Source of the DNA: Candidatus Electrothrix sp. GW3-4
GTDB taxonomy: Bacteria; Desulfobacterota; Desulfobulbia; Desulfobulbales; Desulfobulbaceae
NCBI RefSeq assembly: GCF_037902255.1
Contig: NZ_CP147990.1
Span: 60,001-92,000 of the forward strand
DNA length: 32,000 nt
Direction: 5' to 3'
Every line of letters begins with the position of its first letter. Position 1 is the stretch's first letter. This document shows positions 23,963 to 32,000 of the stretch, piece by piece. The notes below the pieces were generated by a model. It did no database searches and was not told where the DNA came from. It saw nothing but the letters and a program-made list of their open reading frames with translations. Made by a program: the position numbers and the translations under genes.

Positions 23963-24538
23963 ATGCTCACAGATTTGCAAAAAAAGACCCTGCTTCGGCT
24001 GGCCCGGCAGACCATAGAGGAAGAACTCGGCCAGCGGGCGACAGACCCCGTGACAGAGGAGGAACTGGACGACCCAGAACTCCGGCAACATCGAGGGGTC
24101 TTTGTCACCCTGAACCTCGAGGGGATGCTCCGGGGCTGCATTGGCAGCCTGCTGGGCCTGGAGCCCCTCATAGCTGGAGTACGCCGACATGCCGTCAATG
24201 CGGCCCTACGCGATAATCGTTTCCCCCTGTTGACTGTAGATGAACTTGCCGAGGTGGTCATTGAAATTTCCGTCCTGACCCCACCCCAAAACCTGGAGTA
24301 CACAGACAGCATTGACCTCGTCAGCCGCTTACGGCCCGGCATTGATGGTGTTATCCTCAAAATACCGGGCGGCGCCGGAGCGACCTTTCTTCCGCAGGTC
24401 TGGGAGCAACTCCCGGACCCGGAGACCTTTCTCCGCCACCTCAGCCTCAAGGCAGGCCTCCCTGCTGACAACTGGCAATACGGGGATCTCACAGTACAGA
24501 CCTATCAGGCGTATCATTTTGACGAACAATTATTATAA
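23963..24538 (+). CDS. AMMECR1-domain protein (AmmeMemoRadiSam system protein A type)
   Basis: HRGVFVTLNLEGMLRGCIGSL, AALRDNRFPLLTVDEL, IEISVLTPP and GATFLPQVWEQLPDPETFL are present. The ORF-track start at 23762 would read through the IS right end, so ATG 23963 is preferred. Confidence 0.8.
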   Translation: MLTDLQKKTLLRLARQTIEEELGQRATDPVTEEELDDPELRQHRGVFVTLNLEGMLRGCIGSLLGLEPLIAGVRRHAVNAALRDNRFPLLTVDELAEVVIEISVLTPPQNLEYTDSIDLVSRLRPGIDGVILKIPGGAGATFLPQVWEQLPDPETFLRHLSLKAGLPADNWQYGDLTVQTYQAYHFDEQLL

Positions 24539-24625
24539 CCCTCTATTCCAGCATGGCAGGCCTGGGCAATAAACAATAAAGATTGACCGGGTGACTCGGA
24601 TGAGTCATACGATACATATACAAAA

Positions 24626-25258
24626 ATGACTATGAAGGAAGTAACCCTCTCCCCAGAGCTCACGCAGGAAATTACAGCAATCTATCAGGCCATGCAGGAA
24701 GGCTACGACAAGGTAATAAGCGAGATAAATCTCACCTGTGAGAGCTGCCCAGACAACTGTTGTGATTCCTATTTTCTCCATCATACTTATAGCGAATGGG
24801 CCTTTCTCTGGCTGGGGCTCCGCCAGCTCGACAAAGAGATTCTCAATGGGGTCATCAAGCGAGCCAAGGAGTACATTGCGCTCAGTGCGGAACCCTTGGC
24901 CGCGGGCAGGCATCCCCAGATCATGTGCCCGCTGAACGATAACGGCCTCTGCACTTTATATCAACACCGCCTCCTGGTCTGCCGAATGCACGGCATCCCA
25001 GCCACCCTAACCAGACCGGACGGACAATCCATGCGTTTTCCGGGTTGCTTCCGCTGCCAGGAGATTGTCCAGGAAAAATACGAGGCGGAAACCGATGCCC
25101 CGGCCATGGACCGCAGTCAGCTCTTCCGGCAACTCGCCACCTTGGAATCCCGCCTCCTTGCAGAACGGCGCCATCTCTACCCCAGAGTAAAAAAAACCAT
25201 TGCAGAAATGATTGTCGAGGGACCTCCTGCAGTGCCCCTGCCTCATTGTGAACGGTAA
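24626..25258 (+). CDS. YkgJ/UPF0153-like cysteine-cluster (putative Fe-S/Zn) protein
   Basis: CESCPDNCC cluster, then CPLNDNGLCTLYQHRLLVCRMHG and GCFRC. Confidence 0.6.
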   Translation: MTMKEVTLSPELTQEITAIYQAMQEGYDKVISEINLTCESCPDNCCDSYFLHHTYSEWAFLWLGLRQLDKEILNGVIKRAKEYIALSAEPLAAGRHPQIMCPLNDNGLCTLYQHRLLVCRMHGIPATLTRPDGQSMRFPGCFRCQEIVQEKYEAETDAPAMDRSQLFRQLATLESRLLAERRHLYPRVKKTIAEMIVEGPPAVPLPHCER

Positions 25259-25308
25259 GGACAAGAAGAACAGCGATACCCCGAGACCCCATAAGATGGA
25301 GTAAGCCG

Positions 25309-26292
25309 ATGAAGACAGATGACTCTCCCCAGAAAATCGTAGCGCAGGTAATGGCCGGGGCAAGCGTTGACCATAAAACGGCCAGTGCCCTTGCCCGCTC
25401 TGCTGACCAACAGGGACTCTGGGCTGCGGCTGATGCGCTTCGCCGCTCCTTCATGGGGAATCAATTTCACCTCTGCTCTATCATCAATGCCCGCAGCGGC
25501 AACTGTACCGAGAACTGTCGTTTCTGCGCCCAGTCGGCCCGTTATCAAACCGGCGCAGCGACCTACGATCTGGTCGACCACGAACACGCCATCGCCCTTG
25601 CTCAGGACAACGAGGCCCATGGTGTCCACCGCCTCTCCTTGGTCACCAGTGGCCATTCTGTAGACAAGGAGACCTGGAAAGCACTGTCCAAGCTCTATGC
25701 GGAAATAAACGAACAGACCTCTATGGAGCTCTGCGCCTCTATGGGGTTTCTTGATCAGGAACGGGCCGAACGACTGGAACACGCAGGAATAACCCGTTAT
25801 CACTGCAACTTAGAAACAAACAAAAAACGTTTCCCAGAGATTTGCTCCACCCATAGCTGGCAGGACAAGGTGAGCACCCTGATCATTGCGGCAGAGGCGG
25901 GCATGTCAGTCTGTTCCGGTGGCATCATCGGCATGGGCGAAAGCATGGAGGACCGGATAGAGCTGGCCCTTGAGCTCCAGGAGATCGGGGTCCAATCCAT
26001 CCCCATCAATATCCTAACCCCCATTGCTGGCACCCCTTTTGCCGAACTAGAGCCGCTTCCTGTGGAGGAGATCCTAACCACCATAGCCCTGTTCCGCTTT
26101 ATCAATCCGGATGCGGTGATCCGCATTGCCGGGGGCAGGCAGCAGTTAGGCACGGAACAGTATCGTTGTTTTGCGGCCGGGGCCAATGGGGCCATTGTCG
26201 GCAACTACCTGACCACGACAGGAAGCTCAATTGCTCAAGATCTGGAGATATTGAAGAAAATGGGATTTAGGGTTAAGCGGGCCGAGGACTGA
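25309..26292 (+). CDS. bioB: Biotin synthase (radical SAM)
   Basis: CTENCRFCAQS (CX3CX2C), YHCNLETN, CSGGIIGMGES and NILTPIAGTP. Confidence 0.9.
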   Translation: MKTDDSPQKIVAQVMAGASVDHKTASALARSADQQGLWAAADALRRSFMGNQFHLCSIINARSGNCTENCRFCAQSARYQTGAATYDLVDHEHAIALAQDNEAHGVHRLSLVTSGHSVDKETWKALSKLYAEINEQTSMELCASMGFLDQERAERLEHAGITRYHCNLETNKKRFPEICSTHSWQDKVSTLIIAAEAGMSVCSGGIIGMGESMEDRIELALELQEIGVQSIPINILTPIAGTPFAELEPLPVEEILTTIALFRFINPDAVIRIAGGRQQLGTEQYRCFAAGANGAIVGNYLTTTGSSIAQDLEILKKMGFRVKRAED

Positions 26293-26634
26293 GATTCAAT
26301 TGCTGGCAAGGCCATCCCTCACTCTTTATCATTTTTGGGGGACCGACCTGCTCGTCGGTTTCTTGCCTAAAATTCTCTACAATTGCAGGATATCAGTTGT
26401 GCATGCATAAGGTACAACGAGCTCTCTTCATTCGTATTGAGCGAATTGCCCCCCTCCTAACGAAGGGGGCCCATCATTCCGTAATCCCGTTTTCCCCTGT
26501 GATACCAGGGCGGATATTTTTTTATGCAACCATTGAAATTCTCGTTTACTTTTTTCATGTAGTATGGTTGAAATTTTATTCAGATAAAGTCACAATTCTA
26601 TTTTCCGTGTTTAGCACTTCAGTAGCGGGGACCA

Positions 26635-26820
26635 ATGACATGCGAGGTGGAAATGACGAAGAAATATGTATGCACAGTTTGTGGGTATATTTACGAACCA
26701 GAAGTTGGCGATGAGGAAAATGACATTGTCAGAGGAACAGAATGGGATAATGTTCCAGAAGATTGGACCTGCCCCATATGCGGATGCGAGGCCGACAAGG
26801 ATGCCTTTGAGCTATTCTAA
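26635..26820 (+). CDS. Rubredoxin
   Basis: [12 protein letters not shown] and WTCPICG form the two CXXCG knuckles. The start may be ATG 26653 rather than 26635. Confidence 0.9.
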   Translation: MTCEVEMTKKYVCTVCGYIYEPEVGDEENDIVRGTEWDNVPEDWTCPICGCEADKDAFELF

Positions 26821-27075
26821 TCTAATCTTATAATGCCTCAACCTATCTTTGATATTTCTCGGGATGCGCCTGTCTGGTCGAATTGAACAGCTGTAACTCA
26901 TCTTCGTTCAATCGAGCAGATATTTTTCCACTGCAAGCTCTTCCCTCGCACCCACGCCTTCACATCCCCTCAGACAGGTTCCACCCTCCATATTGCTGTT
27001 TACTTTCTTCCTCCAGCATGCTTTAACTGAAACATCATCGTACCAAAGAACCGCAAGAGAAAAGGGAGATACTGC

Positions 27076-27900
27076 ATGGAAGACCTGATCGTTAAACTCC
27101 AGGAATGGACCGTACTGTACGGACTGAAAGTAGGCGCAGCCATATTAATCCTTATCCTTGGACGCTTTGCCGCCCTTGCCATCCGATCCTTTGTAGAACG
27201 GATGCTCACCAAGAGCCGGGTTGATGTTACCCTTGTCTCTTTCCTGACCAGCGTGACCTATGTCGCCTTAATGGCCTTTGTCGTCATTGCGGCCTTAAGC
27301 AAACTGGGTATCCAGACCGCCTCCTTTATTGCTGTCCTCGGTGCAGCAGGCCTTGCCATAGGTCTGGCCCTGCAAGGCTCTCTCTCCAACTTTGCCGCAG
27401 GGACCCTCCTGATCATCTTTAAGCCCTTTAAGGTAGGAGATTATATCGAGGCGGCCGGAACAACAGGCACGGTAAAGGAGGTTGGGATCTTCACCACAGA
27501 ACTCAGGACCCCGGACAATAAAAAGGTCATCGTCCCCAACGCAAAGGCCTCAGGGGATAATATCGTTAATTACACTGCCACTGGCCAGCGCCGGATCGAT
27601 ATGATTGCCGGTGTCAGCTACAGTGATGACCTGGACAAGGCCCGAGAGATCCTCAACAGCATCCTTGCCGAAGACAAGCGTATCCTCGAAGAGCCTGCCC
27701 CCTTTGTTGCCGTCCTGCAGCTAGCCGACAGCAGCGTCAACTTTGCTGTTCGCCCCTGGGTGAAGACTTCGGATTATTTTGCTGTTCTCTGCGACATCCA
27801 GGAAAAAATCAAGAAACGCTTTGATGCCGAAGGCATTACCATCCCCTTCCCGCAGCGCGACATGCACCTCCATAGAGGAGAAGATCTGCCTGTCAACTAG
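27076..27900 (+). CDS. mscS: Small-conductance mechanosensitive channel (MscS family)
   Basis: Three N-terminal TM helices, then FKPFKVGDYIEAAGTTGTVKEVGIFTTELRTPDNKKVIVPN. Confidence 0.9.
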   Translation: MEDLIVKLQEWTVLYGLKVGAAILILILGRFAALAIRSFVERMLTKSRVDVTLVSFLTSVTYVALMAFVVIAALSKLGIQTASFIAVLGAAGLAIGLALQGSLSNFAAGTLLIIFKPFKVGDYIEAAGTTGTVKEVGIFTTELRTPDNKKVIVPNAKASGDNIVNYTATGQRRIDMIAGVSYSDDLDKAREILNSILAEDKRILEEPAPFVAVLQLADSSVNFAVRPWVKTSDYFAVLCDIQEKIKKRFDAEGITIPFPQRDMHLHRGEDLPVN

Positions 27901-28193
27901 AGGGTCCCCACACTCCATGCCCGATGGTAAAATATCGGGCCTTCGTCGTCCCCTCTTCGTCGGCCCCTCCGAGGGAGAGCACAAAAAAAAGACCGCCGGT
28001 TGAACGCCAGCAAAAATTTCCTTTCCACGCCCCCTGCCCTCAGCTTCCTCCTTCTGAACCCACAGTACCTCTTTCGAAAAACAAAAAAACACGGTAAAGT
28101 ACCCGGAGCAAGACAGAAAAGAAATCAACATCTCCACCGATCCGCCGATCCTCCCAGAGACAGAACAAAAAATCCTTAACTGCGGCGCCTATT

Positions 28194-30473
28194 ATGTTGC
28201 ATCTTTTTTCAGCTGAGCCAGCTCTGGAAAATACTTTTTCCGATGAACAGATCCGCACCGTCATCCATGCACTTCGTAGAGAGGCCAAGGCACAGGAGGT
28301 CATCTATCATACAGAGAACAAGGAGTCATTTCGGTATGTCATCACCACAGAGATGGCAATCGACAGCGACAAAAAACTGCTCCAAACAACCACCTCTGTG
28401 GAAAAATTCAAACTTCAGGAAGATGAGTTTCTCGAGTTTGTCCAGGACAGCCTGGATGGCGGACTGGTGCGGGAAAAGCAATATACCCTGCCCCTCCAGG
28501 AGGACCATGACGACCAGGCCTGCCAGGAATGCCTCAGCCCGATTGCCATTAAACACCTACGCTGCATCAACAAGATAGAACGACTTCTCTCCACCCCGAG
28601 ATCCCGTCCCGTTGTGCAAGAAAGCGGCAGTCGCACGACCTTGCTCCTGTTTGCCTTACTCATCGCCCTGCTCGGTGGCAGCCTTTTTGCCCTCCGGCCC
28701 CTGTTTACCCCTAAGCAGTCTGCCGACCTGACCCTGCTCTTCAATACCGTGGATGTCCAGGTCTGGCTGGGGACAAAAAAATACCCCTCCACAGGAAACC
28801 GGCTTGACCTTAATTTCCCTCTTGGACGCTACCGTTTGCGGGCAGAAAAGCCTGGTTTCAAGCCCCTCCGCCAGGACATCTTCCTGACCACGGATGAAGA
28901 AATAGAAATCCGATTGGAAGAACTCTACACCCTGACCGTGTATGCAGACATGGAGGGGAGCAGGGTCCTGCTTGACGGCAACATCGTTGGCACGACAGGA
29001 AGCACCACCCCGTTGGAGCTCTCCCTAACCAAGGGAGAGTATGACCTGACCCTGACCAACCCTGCTGTTTCAACCCCCTTGCAGAAAAAAATCATCCTGC
29101 CCGGAGATGAAATCATCAGGGCCGATATGCCGCATCCCCGACTCACCATCCAACTCAATGTTGACGATGCACTCATCACAGTCGGGGAAAAGGAGTATCA
29201 GGTTCAAGGCAGGGAACTCGCCCTGAAGCTCCCCCTTGGCACCCACCAGCTTCTTGTCCACAAACCCGATTATGCCCCGGTGGAAAAGGAGGTTGTCATT
29301 GAGGATCAGGATCAGGACCTGCCGATAAACCTGGAAAGGATCCATTACCAGCTCTCTCTCACCCCCAATGTGGCCAACAGCTCCATCTCGGTGTCCTGTC
29401 AGAACGGGCAAAAATACTTTGGCATTGCCTCACCAGACAATCCATTCCACGCCGAGACCTCTGCGGGCTCATGCAGGATCCTTGCAGAACGCCAAGGCTA
29501 CCAGCATGTCAGCCAGGAGGTCACCCTGACAGCAAATCTGGAGCTGGCCATCACCTTGAAACAGCTCTTTCTGGTTACTGTCTATACAAATCTGGACCTC
29601 AGCACGGTTCTCCTGGACGGCAAAGAGACGGGAAAGGCTGGCACCAGAACGCCTGCTGTCCTCTCCATCACCCGTGGCACCTACACGCTCAAGATCTCCA
29701 ACCCACAGGCCGTTGCCCCTGTCCAGCAAACACTTCAGGTCAACAAGGATCAGCGCCTGAAGATCGATCTCCCCCTTCCGCAGCTGACGGTTAAAGTCAA
29801 TGTGGCAGGCGCAACAGTACTGGTCGACCAAGAAGAACACCAGGTCGATGGCAACCAGCTCACCCTGAAACTAACACAGGGAACCCATCAGATTACCGCG
29901 CAAAAGCAAGGATATCTCGCCATCCAACGAGAGGTCCTTGTCCGGGATGGGGTACGAACCTTTTTTGAACTGGTACCACCGGTCTCTCCCCTTTCTATCA
30001 GATCAAATATTGACAAGACTGGCATATATGTTAAGTGCAAAGATGGAAAAGAATATGCTGGCCTTGCTTCGCCCAAAACCCCTTTTTACCTTGAGGCAGT
30101 TGCCGGGGACTGTACGATATCTGCAAGCCGGGAGGGGTATAAGGACGTGACCCAAACAGCCACCCTGCCCGGCGAAAAAGATATTTCCGTTCACCTGGTC
30201 GCTGACCTACAAGAACACACGCTGAAACCAACAAAAAAGAAACAACAGGCCAAGAGACTTCAGACGGAACTTGAAACGGAATCGGAAACAAAATCTGCTC
30301 CGAAAATTGTTCCGAGGCCTCTACCGACAAGGTCTACACCCAAGCCCGCATCAAAGTCAAAAAAGCAGCTTACTCGGGCAGCAAAGCCGAAACCGGACCC
30401 GCTCCCGATAAAGACTGAGAAGAAAGGCTGTCAGGATGAACTCAGTGTCGGCATGCCGGAGTTATGCGATTGA
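28194..30473 (+). CDS. Single-pass membrane protein with about seven PEGA-like domains and a Lys/Pro-rich C-terminal tail
   Basis: A cytoplasmic N-domain of about 155 aa is followed by the TM helix TTLLLFALLIALLGGSLFAL. PEGA-type strands then recur (KPGFKPLRQDIFL, KPDYAPVEKEVVI, RQGYQHVSQEVTL, KQGYLAIQREVLV, REGYKDVTQTATL). There is no obvious RBS, so the start is uncertain. Confidence 0.7.
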   Translation: MLHLFSAEPALENTFSDEQIRTVIHALRREAKAQEVIYHTENKESFRYVITTEMAIDSDKKLLQTTTSVEKFKLQEDEFLEFVQDSLDGGLVREKQYTLPLQEDHDDQACQECLSPIAIKHLRCINKIERLLSTPRSRPVVQESGSRTTLLLFALLIALLGGSLFALRPLFTPKQSADLTLLFNTVDVQVWLGTKKYPSTGNRLDLNFPLGRYRLRAEKPGFKPLRQDIFLTTDEEIEIRLEELYTLTVYADMEGSRVLLDGNIVGTTGSTTPLELSLTKGEYDLTLTNPAVSTPLQKKIILPGDEIIRADMPHPRLTIQLNVDDALITVGEKEYQVQGRELALKLPLGTHQLLVHKPDYAPVEKEVVIEDQDQDLPINLERIHYQLSLTPNVANSSISVSCQNGQKYFGIASPDNPFHAETSAGSCRILAERQGYQHVSQEVTLTANLELAITLKQLFLVTVYTNLDLSTVLLDGKETGKAGTRTPAVLSITRGTYTLKISNPQAVAPVQQTLQVNKDQRLKIDLPLPQLTVKVNVAGATVLVDQEEHQVDGNQLTLKLTQGTHQITAQKQGYLAIQREVLVRDGVRTFFELVPPVSPLSIRSNIDKTGIYVKCKDGKEYAGLASPKTPFYLEAVAGDCTISASREGYKDVTQTATLPGEKDISVHLVADLQEHTLKPTKKKQQAKRLQTELETESETKSAPKIVPRPLPTRSTPKPASKSKKQLTRAAKPKPDPLPIKTEKKGCQDELSVGMPELCD

Positions 30474-30534
30474 TGAATAACCTACTCTGCCCCCTTCAGG
30501 TCATGCAGAGACAATGTTTTTAAGGAGAAACCTC

Positions 30535-31704
30535 ATGTTGTCCACAGGAAAGACCACTCTCTTCACCCTGCTCCTCCTCCTTGCTGTCGCTCTGTCTGCC
30601 TGTGCATTCAAGACAGGGCCTGGCAAGCGCCAAAACAAAAATCAACCAACCACCTTAAAGAAAGGCATTCCGGTCCTGGGGCGTCGTATCCTGAACAACA
30701 TAGCAGAGAAAAAGGCCCTTATCCTCCTGGAGCCCTTTAAAGAAGCCACCCTCTACGATGAAATCAAGGCCAGTGCAGAAATAGAACGACTACTCCTCGG
30801 GCTTGGCAGCCGAAAAAAATACACAGGTATTCGTTTAATAAGCACTGCTGATGCCTCTGACAGAGAGCTGGAACAGGCTGATTACATCCTGAAAGGTGTT
30901 ATCAGTTACTCCCCCTGGCCCGAGCATCCCACCCAAAAATATTACCGTATCCTGGCTTCCCTGGCGGATCGAAAAACCGGGACATTAACTGCCCGTGCAT
31001 CAATCTGGGTGTACTCGGTGCCTTACGGGAAGCTGGAACTCCCTGTCATAACCGCAGATCCAACAGCAAAGCGTAAGGTGACAGAAATCATCAACAAACA
31101 AAAAATCTCTGTAAAAGATATCAAGACCGATGCCCGAATAGCCAAGGCAAAGGCTGCGTATCGACGCGGACAATATCCAGAGGTTCTCCAGATCCTTGAG
31201 CAACTCATCACGTCTTCCGGCAAGGGGGTCTTAGATGCCTATCGTATGCTCTATCTGGCCTCGCTCAAAATAAATGATTTTTCCGCAGCAGAAACGGCCT
31301 TTTTCAACATGATCAAACTCGGTTTTAAAAACACCTATAAAATGCCGCTGCTCTTTTTGTTTGAATCAAACAGCACCGAGTTTGCCCCAAACCGGGTCCA
31401 GGAATACGATATCTGGATCAGACAGCTGGTTGCCTACCTGCAGGAGAACGAAAAAAAATGTATGCACATCATCGGCCACACAAGCAAGCAGGGGGAATTC
31501 CAATATAATATGGCGCTTTCAGGAGACCGAGCCGCATATATCAAAAACCGGCTGGTTCAGGAATCAGCCGCTCCTGAGCTCGGCGAGCGCATCACGGTGG
31601 AAGGAAAAGGAGAAACAGCCACAAAAGACGGCAGCGAACCGGACAGCGATCAAAATATGATTGATCGACGAGTTGAATTTGAGCTGTTCAACTGTTCCCT
31701 GTGA
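30535..31704 (+). CDS. Lipoprotein with a TPR-like middle region and a C-terminal OmpA-like peptidoglycan-binding domain
   Basis: AGGAG RBS before ATG 30535. Lipobox LSAC in LLLLLAVALSAC. OmpA_C motifs NMALSGDRAAYIKNRLV and MIDRRVEFELF. Confidence 0.75.
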   Translation: MLSTGKTTLFTLLLLLAVALSACAFKTGPGKRQNKNQPTTLKKGIPVLGRRILNNIAEKKALILLEPFKEATLYDEIKASAEIERLLLGLGSRKKYTGIRLISTADASDRELEQADYILKGVISYSPWPEHPTQKYYRILASLADRKTGTLTARASIWVYSVPYGKLELPVITADPTAKRKVTEIINKQKISVKDIKTDARIAKAKAAYRRGQYPEVLQILEQLITSSGKGVLDAYRMLYLASLKINDFSAAETAFFNMIKLGFKNTYKMPLLFLFESNSTEFAPNRVQEYDIWIRQLVAYLQENEKKCMHIIGHTSKQGEFQYNMALSGDRAAYIKNRLVQESAAPELGERITVEGKGETATKDGSEPDSDQNMIDRRVEFELFNCSL

Positions 31705-31875
31705 ATCCTTGAACGAAAAAAAACATTTCCTACAATTCCGGGCTGAAACTCATGCTGAAACAAGGTATAGTATTCCAGGCAAAAAACAAGGGCTTCCCGG
31801 CAAGGACGGGAATTGGCTGCGGAAGAGAGCGCGGAGCAGCGAGAGCGGCGAAAATCATGGCAAAAACAGTGAAGA

Positions 31876-32000
31876 ATGATGCAGCAGCCTTTTGACCTCA
31901 AAGGATCATCCTTTACGATCCCCATGCTTTCCCTGCGGGAGGGCGGCAGCATGGAGACGATAGCAGCCCATCTGAGGATGAAGGTGCAGCAGGCCCCCTC
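31876..32000 (+). CDS. minC: Septum site-determining protein MinC, 5' part (runs off the window)
   Basis: It translates to MMQQPFDLKGSSFTIPMLSLREGGSMETIAAHLRMKVQQAP. This compares well with the E. coli MinC N-terminus IELKGSSFTLSVVHL...IHQALEDKIAQAP. It is missing from the ORF track because it is partial. Confidence 0.75.
   Translation, partial: MMQQPFDLKGSSFTIPMLSLREGGSMETIAAHLRMKVQQAP

Noticed and set aside
24921-25803. Large antisense ORFs (24921-25454, 25243-25803, 25800-26204) opposite ykgJ-like and bioB
   Set aside because: They are typical GC-rich shadow frames opposite genes with clear motifs (CX3CX2C and others). The translations are Arg/Gly/Pro-rich.
28040-28303. ORFs in the C-rich spacer upstream of the PEGA gene (27721-28137 -, 27779-28003 +, 28040-28303 -)
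   Set aside because: The translations are low-complexity. They overlap the mscS 3' end or the PEGA gene start, and they have no RBS or motifs.

Overview
The gene content suggests a roughly 50% GC (by eye) chromosomal segment from a sulfur-cycling Desulfobacterota-type bacterium, possibly Desulfobulbales-like; I cannot confirm taxonomy without a search. Most of the window is housekeeping: a pilT-like ATPase, rpsA-ihfB, tRNA-Glu/tRNA-Lys, rdgC-like, gatB, a yedF-like gene, a tail-specific protease, dsrMKJ, bioB, rubredoxin, mscS and the 5' end of minC. Three accessory patches interrupt it. (1) The left end (1-2924) holds a 42-bp tandem repeat, a roughly 30% Asp/Glu protein, and a translationally coupled ABC-type ATPase + DUF4276-like (Toprim-like) gene pair. 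This pair is my best candidate for an uncharacterised defence-type system of split OLD/PARIS/AbiL-like architecture. (2) An AT-rich, gene-poor islet (10023-11494) lies next to the 3' end of tRNA-Glu. It carries a small ribbon-helix-helix (RHH)-like ORF and a 59-aa ORF absent from the ORF track. (3) A decayed insertion sequence (22959-23887) has about 31-bp imperfect terminal inverted repeats and a broken transposase. Other points worth a second look are listed here. The dsr membrane-complex operon ends at a strong terminator after dsrJ, with no dsrOP. This DsrJ has no cysteine outside its three CXXCH motifs. An ABC-ATPase / beta-barrel / CPBP-protease operon has no permease gene. A 759-aa PEGA-repeat protein contains an internally duplicated three-domain module and is paired with an OmpA-domain lipoprotein. 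All functional calls rest on motif recognition by eye, since no database search was possible.
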